Of a stretch of 35,857 nucleotides of DNA, positions 32,649-35,857 are shown in pieces. Origin of the DNA: a virus (Duplodnaviria; Caudoviricetes); the IMG/VR virus record IMGVR_UViG_3300028635_000359, positions 1-35,857 of that record. One strand, 5' to 3'. Position numbers and translations under genes: made by a program. The notes beneath the pieces were generated by a model, which was not told the origin of the DNA, searched no databases, and saw nothing but the letters and a program-made list of their open reading frames with translations. The number at the start of each line of letters is the position of its first letter. Position 1 is the stretch's first letter.

Positions 32649-32819
32649 TTAAGCCAAAAGGTAGATAGCTACAGCTATCCATGCTACGACCAAAAAGAAG
32701 ATAGACATAAGTATAATCGTAAACGCTATGCCGAAAGATGTTGCTAGCCAAACCACAGGATAGAGAAAAACAACAACCAGCATTAAGATACCCAAAAGAC
32801 GTTTCATCCTATTCTTCAT
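32649..32819 (-). CDS. Small membrane protein (two hydrophobic helices)
   Basis: Basic N-terminus followed by an uninterrupted hydrophobic sequence; GGAGG SD. Confidence 0.65.
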   Translation of the reverse strand: MKNRMKRLLGILMLVVVFLYPVVWLATSFGIAFTIILMSIFFLVVAWIAVAIYLLA

Positions 32820-33003
32820 TACCACCTCCAAAAATCTCATCTTGGCACTTCTGACAAAGGCCAGATATCTTAAACTCTCTCCTCGACAGATCATCCCGAA
32901 AATCTTCAAAATTTACAGGATTCCTGCAGAAAGGACAAAGCCCCTCCTCAACTGCTTTCACCATATCGCCTAGGCTAAAGACTTCCATTATTTTCTTATT
33001 CAT
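32809..33003 (-). CDS. Small zinc-binding phage protein
   Basis: CPFC...FRDDLSRREFKISGLCQKCQD. Confidence 0.75.
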   Translation of the reverse strand: MNKKIMEVFSLGDMVKAVEEGLCPFCRNPVNFEDFRDDLSRREFKISGLCQKCQDEIFGGGNEE

Positions 33004-33218
33004 ACTTTCTCCCATATGGTTTTATTCCAACGATAGATAACTTTAATATTCATTAATCCTTCTTGTGTTTCTTCATACTCAAGAATGACACTTCTCTTGC
33101 TAACGCCTACAACTCTAAGCATTTCATCAAGATTAGGATTAGGTCCATGCCACATAGCAAATTCGTTACCTTCAACATTTTCCTGACCGATAGAATACAT
33201 CTTAGTTTCTTTATTCAT
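33000..33218 (-). CDS. Hypothetical protein
   Basis: AAGGAG SD before MNKE. Confidence 0.65.
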   Translation of the reverse strand: MNKETKMYSIGQENVEGNEFAMWHGPNPNLDEMLRVVGVSKRSVILEYEETQEGLMNIKVIYRWNKTIWEKV

Positions 33219-33237
33219 GGTCACTCCTTTTCTAAAA

Positions 33238-33627
33238 TTATTTGAAAAACTTTTCAATCTCTTTTATCTCTTCCTCATAAGTATCTAAAAGCTCTTGTAC
33301 GTTTTTATGGGTTCTTTCTGCTCTAGCAAAACCATCATCACAAGGGATTACCCTTGCCACTTTTTCCTCATCTAAAATATCCTTAGGGAGTATCCCTAAA
33401 CTTTGTATATAATCACATAAGAAGGCAAAAACAGCTTCATTATTTGCTATAGCCTCAGCGTTTCTAGCTGTTTCTTGCCTTGCCTTATCAAAAAGCATAT
33501 CATCAGCAAAACGTAGTTTCTCAATACTTTCTTTTGCTTCCTCGAAAGTTATATTATGAAGATTTTTAAAGTTTTCAATGGCTTTAGCAACACTATAGCT
33601 TATCCTAAAGACTAGTTTTGGTTTCAT
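33238..33627 (-). CDS. Hypothetical protein
   Basis: GAGGAG SD before MKPK. Confidence 0.7.
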   Translation of the reverse strand: MKPKLVFRISYSVAKAIENFKNLHNITFEEAKESIEKLRFADDMLFDKARQETARNAEAIANNEAVFAFLCDYIQSLGILPKDILDEEKVARVIPCDDGFARAERTHKNVQELLDTYEEEIKEIEKFFK

Positions 33628-33678
33628 TTCTCTTCTCCTCATTGGGCCTGAATCCAAACCTTGAAAAACGAATTGTCA

Positions 33679-33966
33679 TCATTTCTCCCGTGCCAGATAT
33701 TCTTCCGGCGTACCTTCAAAGCCAATTCCATCAAGCCAGGCATTGACTGCGCCTTCAGGAATCTCATCATCATAAACATCGGACTCAATTTCCCGTATGA
33801 TTTCCGCACAGGCAGGATGCAAATAGAGGGAGTATGCCTGCCCCGAATCGGACAGATTATGCACATGAGCCTCCGAACCTGCGGGAATCACCTCGCAACA
33901 GCCGAAGCACCGCTGATCCTTCCTGGTCTTCTTCACCCTGACTTCGCTTAGAAATACTATGCTCAC
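33679..33966 (-). CDS. Zinc-binding hypothetical protein
   Basis: KTRK..RC..C...I..G...H..C pattern; its start overlaps the upstream stop. Confidence 0.7.
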   Translation of the reverse strand: MSIVFLSEVRVKKTRKDQRCFGCCEVIPAGSEAHVHNLSDSGQAYSLYLHPACAEIIREIESDVYDDEIPEGAVNAWLDGIGFEGTPEEYLAREK

Positions 33967-34202
33967 TTCTCCCCCCTATACGCCGCGAGCGCGTCCTTGA
34001 GCTTCTTGAACTTGTCCTTGCTCACATTTGTGCGCTTCTCGTTGTAGGCCCCTGTTGCTGATTTGATTACTTCCTCCGCAGCCTCCGCCAGTGCGTCGGT
34101 GAGGTCGGCGCGGGTGTATTCGATTTCGTCTGGAAATGTCCTTGATTCGTATCCGCTGGCTATGCCGGGAAATAGGTAAATCCTCTTCGGTCCTTCCATC
34201 AT
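33963..34202 (-). CDS. Hypothetical protein (P.RIYL...EY.RAD type)
   Basis: GGAGG SD and ATGA coupling to the upstream micro-ORF. Confidence 0.7.
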   Translation of the reverse strand: MMEGPKRIYLFPGIASGYESRTFPDEIEYTRADLTDALAEAAEEVIKSATGAYNEKRTNVSKDKFKKLKDALAAYRGEK

Positions 34203-34273
34203 GGCCTCCCCGGACACGCCGGGTTGATGCATCCGTTGGTTTGCAGTTCGCTTCCGTAGTATTGGCAGATCAT
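34199..34273 (-). CDS. 24-aa micro-ORF, stand-alone third copy of the MICQY cassette
   Basis: MICQYYGSELQTNGCINPACPGRP*, with ATGA overlaps at both ends. Confidence 0.6.
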   Translation of the reverse strand: MICQYYGSELQTNGCINPACPGRP

Positions 34274-34932
34274 GGTTTTCCCTCCATCAGTTCGGTGAGA
34301 ACTATACTTATCTCCGCCTCACACAGCCCGTGATCCTCGCAATACAGGCAGTCCTTGCGGAGCCCTAGGATCTTCTTCGCTGCCTTCTCAATCCTCTCTT
34401 CCCGGCTCGGCGGGGTGGGCGGGGAGAAGTGGTCTGGAATGTTATCGTGCGGTTTTTGGGTTAATTTAGGATAATCCTTGAGGACTTCGGGCGGGACATT
34501 TCGGCCCTCTTTTATGGCTTGGCGAACCTGTAATGAATGGTATGTCCTTGCCAATTTGCGTGTTTTGGGGGCACTCTGACCACTTACTCTTTGCGCTGCC
34601 CTATTCACATACTCCCCGACAGGAATCTCCCACGGCTCTTTCTTGCTCTCCTGCGGAGGCTTGGGCTCAAACATTTTTTTCTTTGACTCGTCTATCAGGG
34701 CATTTTGCTCTTCTCTTGAAAGTGCGTTTCTGTGAATCTCGGCATGGATAACATCTATTTCGTCAATGGTGAGATAATCGAACGGGCCATCATAAATCCA
34801 GACGCGTTCGTCTGCTATTTCTACTAGTTTCCCATCTGGCAAGTTGAACTTGTGGACTATCAGCGTCCCCGGACACGCCGGGTTGGTGCAAGAGCCTTCA
34901 AACAACTTTGTTCCGCAGTATTGGCAGATCAT
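34270..34932 (-). CDS. Mosaic hypothetical protein with N-terminal MICQYCG zinc ribbon
   Basis: CxxC-8-C-4-C N-terminus, Pro-rich linkers, a PWE...H...VP.EVL.DYP segment and a C-terminal Cys cluster. Confidence 0.75.
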   Translation of the reverse strand: MICQYCGTKLFEGSCTNPACPGTLIVHKFNLPDGKLVEIADERVWIYDGPFDYLTIDEIDVIHAEIHRNALSREEQNALIDESKKKMFEPKPPQESKKEPWEIPVGEYVNRAAQRVSGQSAPKTRKLARTYHSLQVRQAIKEGRNVPPEVLKDYPKLTQKPHDNIPDHFSPPTPPSREERIEKAAKKILGLRKDCLYCEDHGLCEAEISIVLTELMEGKP

Positions 34933-35234
34933 GATTCCTCCTTCCTCTCAAAAAACTTGTACCCGCACACGCACACCAGGTCCGGTGCGAGATAGCCAGC
35001 TACCGCCTTGCCGCACTTCGGGCAGGCGACTATTCCGCAGGGTAGGCCGGATTCTTTGGCTATTTCGGACCATGTTTTCACTTCATCCTCCGCAATCTTC
35101 GTACCGGAACCTTGATATACTCCAGATCCCGGGTCATAATCGCCGTCTCGATAAATGCCTCTCGCTGAAATTACCCTTCCTGAGCCATCGCAAATTTTAT
35201 CGCAAAATAGAAAATCATCGTGCCAACTCATCAT
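34929..35234 (-). CDS. Hypothetical protein with C-terminal zinc ribbon
   Basis: CPKCG...CVCG; AAGGAGG SD before MMSW. Confidence 0.7.
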   Translation of the reverse strand: MMSWHDDFLFCDKICDGSGRVISARGIYRDGDYDPGSGVYQGSGTKIAEDEVKTWSEIAKESGLPCGIVACPKCGKAVAGYLAPDLVCVCGYKFFERKEES

Positions 35235-35275
35235 CCCTCCTTCAGTATTTCGATTGCCGCCTTGTGATATTTCAT
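35231..35275 (-). CDS. 14-aa coupling micro-ORF
   Basis: MKYHKAAIEILKEG*, with ATGA overlaps at both ends. Confidence 0.4.
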   Translation of the reverse strand: MKYHKAAIEILKEG

Positions 35276-35517
35276 CCCCCTTTGTGGTCGCGTTTTGCGA
35301 CCTCATCAAACCGGCAAACCGATCTCCACGGATCGCGCTCCTGCTTGCCGTTGACCGATATTTCCCCCTCGATGCACATCCGTTTCGCCTCGTCCCGCGA
35401 TTCTGCCAGCTTCATCTCCCAGACCGCATCACACAGAGCGTAGTAAGTTTCCTGCCGCGACATGGCAAATATTTTCATGAGCACGTCTGCCGCCGCTATG
35501 TTTGGATTGTCTGTCAT
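35272..35517 (-). CDS. S4-like RNA-binding domain protein
   Basis: L.D......LAESRDEAKR....G.ISVNG....DP matches the S4 / TyrRS C-terminal consensus. Confidence 0.65.
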   Translation of the reverse strand: MTDNPNIAAADVLMKIFAMSRQETYYALCDAVWEMKLAESRDEAKRMCIEGEISVNGKQERDPWRSVCRFDEVAKRDHKGG

Positions 35518-35518
35518 A

Positions 35519-35746
35519 TCATCTCCCCTCCAGCGCCCAGACCACCCATATACTAGGGCAGTCGAGCTTTCGCGCCATCTCCGCGATGGTGTAGTTCGTG
35601 TTCTTCGCCCACCGATGGACCTGTCTTGTTTGTGTCCATGTCAGTCTCACGCTCGCCTCCTGCGGGGTTATTTGTTGCCCTTCAGGACACGCCGGGTTGA
35701 GACACTTTCCATCGGTTAGTTTATGGCCGCAGTATTGGCAGATCAT
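35519..35746 (-). CDS. MICQYCG zinc ribbon plus HTH protein
   Basis: N-terminal cassette followed by an HTH-like segment, LT..Q...YTIAEMARKLDC. Confidence 0.7.
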   Translation of the reverse strand: MICQYCGHKLTDGKCLNPACPEGQQITPQEASVRLTWTQTRQVHRWAKNTNYTIAEMARKLDCPSIWVVWALEGR

Positions 35747-35787
35747 ATTCCCTCCTCTTCGTAGAGATACCCGTCCGTTACTTTCAT
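35743..35787 (-). CDS. 14-aa coupling micro-ORF
   Basis: MKVTDGYLYEEEGI*, with its own GAGGTG SD; the stop overlaps the next ATG. Confidence 0.4.
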   Translation of the reverse strand: MKVTDGYLYEEEGI

Positions 35788-35791
35788 CTTT

Positions 35792-35857
35792 TCACCTCTT
35801 TGGCTCAACCAATTTTCCAGTCTTTACTGAGTATACAGGATATGGAGCCCTTCCGCT
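35792..35857 (-). CDS. C-terminal end of a gene starting outside the window
   Basis: Open frame SGRAPYPVYSVKTGKLVEPKR*. Confidence 0.4.
   Translation of the reverse strand, partial: SGRAPYPVYSVKTGKLVEPKR

Larger units (their letters stand above)
34212..35746 (-). repeat. Three dispersed 62-bp bipartite direct repeats (34212-34273, 34871-34932, 35685-35746)
   Basis: ATGATCTGCCAATACT(G/A)CGG-N28-AACCCGGCGTGTCC. Confidence 0.92.

Noticed and set aside
32649-32819. Two-helix membrane protein as a holin
   Set aside because: It lies in the early region with no adjacent endolysin and has no charged C-terminal tail.
857-35719. All plus-strand ORFs and the short alternative-frame minus-strand ORFs in the track
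   Set aside because: They lie within well-supported minus-strand genes and show no recognisable motifs; shadow ORFs.
34212-35746. Repeat/fixed-length variable core pattern as a CRISPR mini-array
   Set aside because: The units are dispersed 0.66-0.81 kb apart, the two flanks differ from each other, and the cores keep protein-level constraints.
34212-35746. MICQY repeats as a diversity-generating retroelement TR/VR set
   Set aside because: Differences between copies are not confined to adenines of any one copy, and there is no reverse transcriptase in the window.
1-35857. Stop-codon reassignment, introns or inteins
   Set aside because: Genes tile densely under the standard code with all three stops in use; terminase, polymerase and helicases are uninterrupted and of normal length.
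1-35857. tRNA genes, integrase/att sites or genome termini
   Set aside because: Intergenic gaps are short and show no cloverleaf; no recombinase or terminal repeat is visible in this window.

Overview
A 35.9 kb fragment of a tailed dsDNA bacteriophage with a siphovirus-type gene set. Every credible gene is on the minus strand, so transcription runs right to left. In that order the window holds: a GC-richer block of small, tightly coupled early genes (~33.65-35.86 kb); AT-rich early hypothetical genes; a degenerate NUMOD4-HNH gene; a ParB/DGQHR protein; a sigma factor; a DUF115-like glycosyltransferase; a Hel308/Ski2-like helicase; a recombination trio (PD-(D/E)XK exonuclease, Sak4/AAA_24 ATPase, DUF669 SSB); a ParB-DNA methyltransferase fusion; a UDG-fused family A DNA polymerase; a DUF3987 helicase; terminase; portal; XkdF protease; scaffold; capsid; neck; tail tube plus a tandem paralog; frameshifted tail chaperones; tape measure; and a lambda-like tail tip truncated at the left edge. 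I saw no integrase, lysis genes, primase, tRNA or CRISPR array. The most notable unexplained structure is (1) three genes that start with the same zinc-ribbon cassette made of two DNA-conserved blocks around a fixed 28-nt variable core, linked by micro-ORFs, (2) a 22-bp motif at three distant gene junctions, and (3) an apparently split prohead protease. All family calls come from recognising motifs by eye, not from database searches. Several starts were moved from the ORF track to match Shine-Dalgarno (SD) sites.
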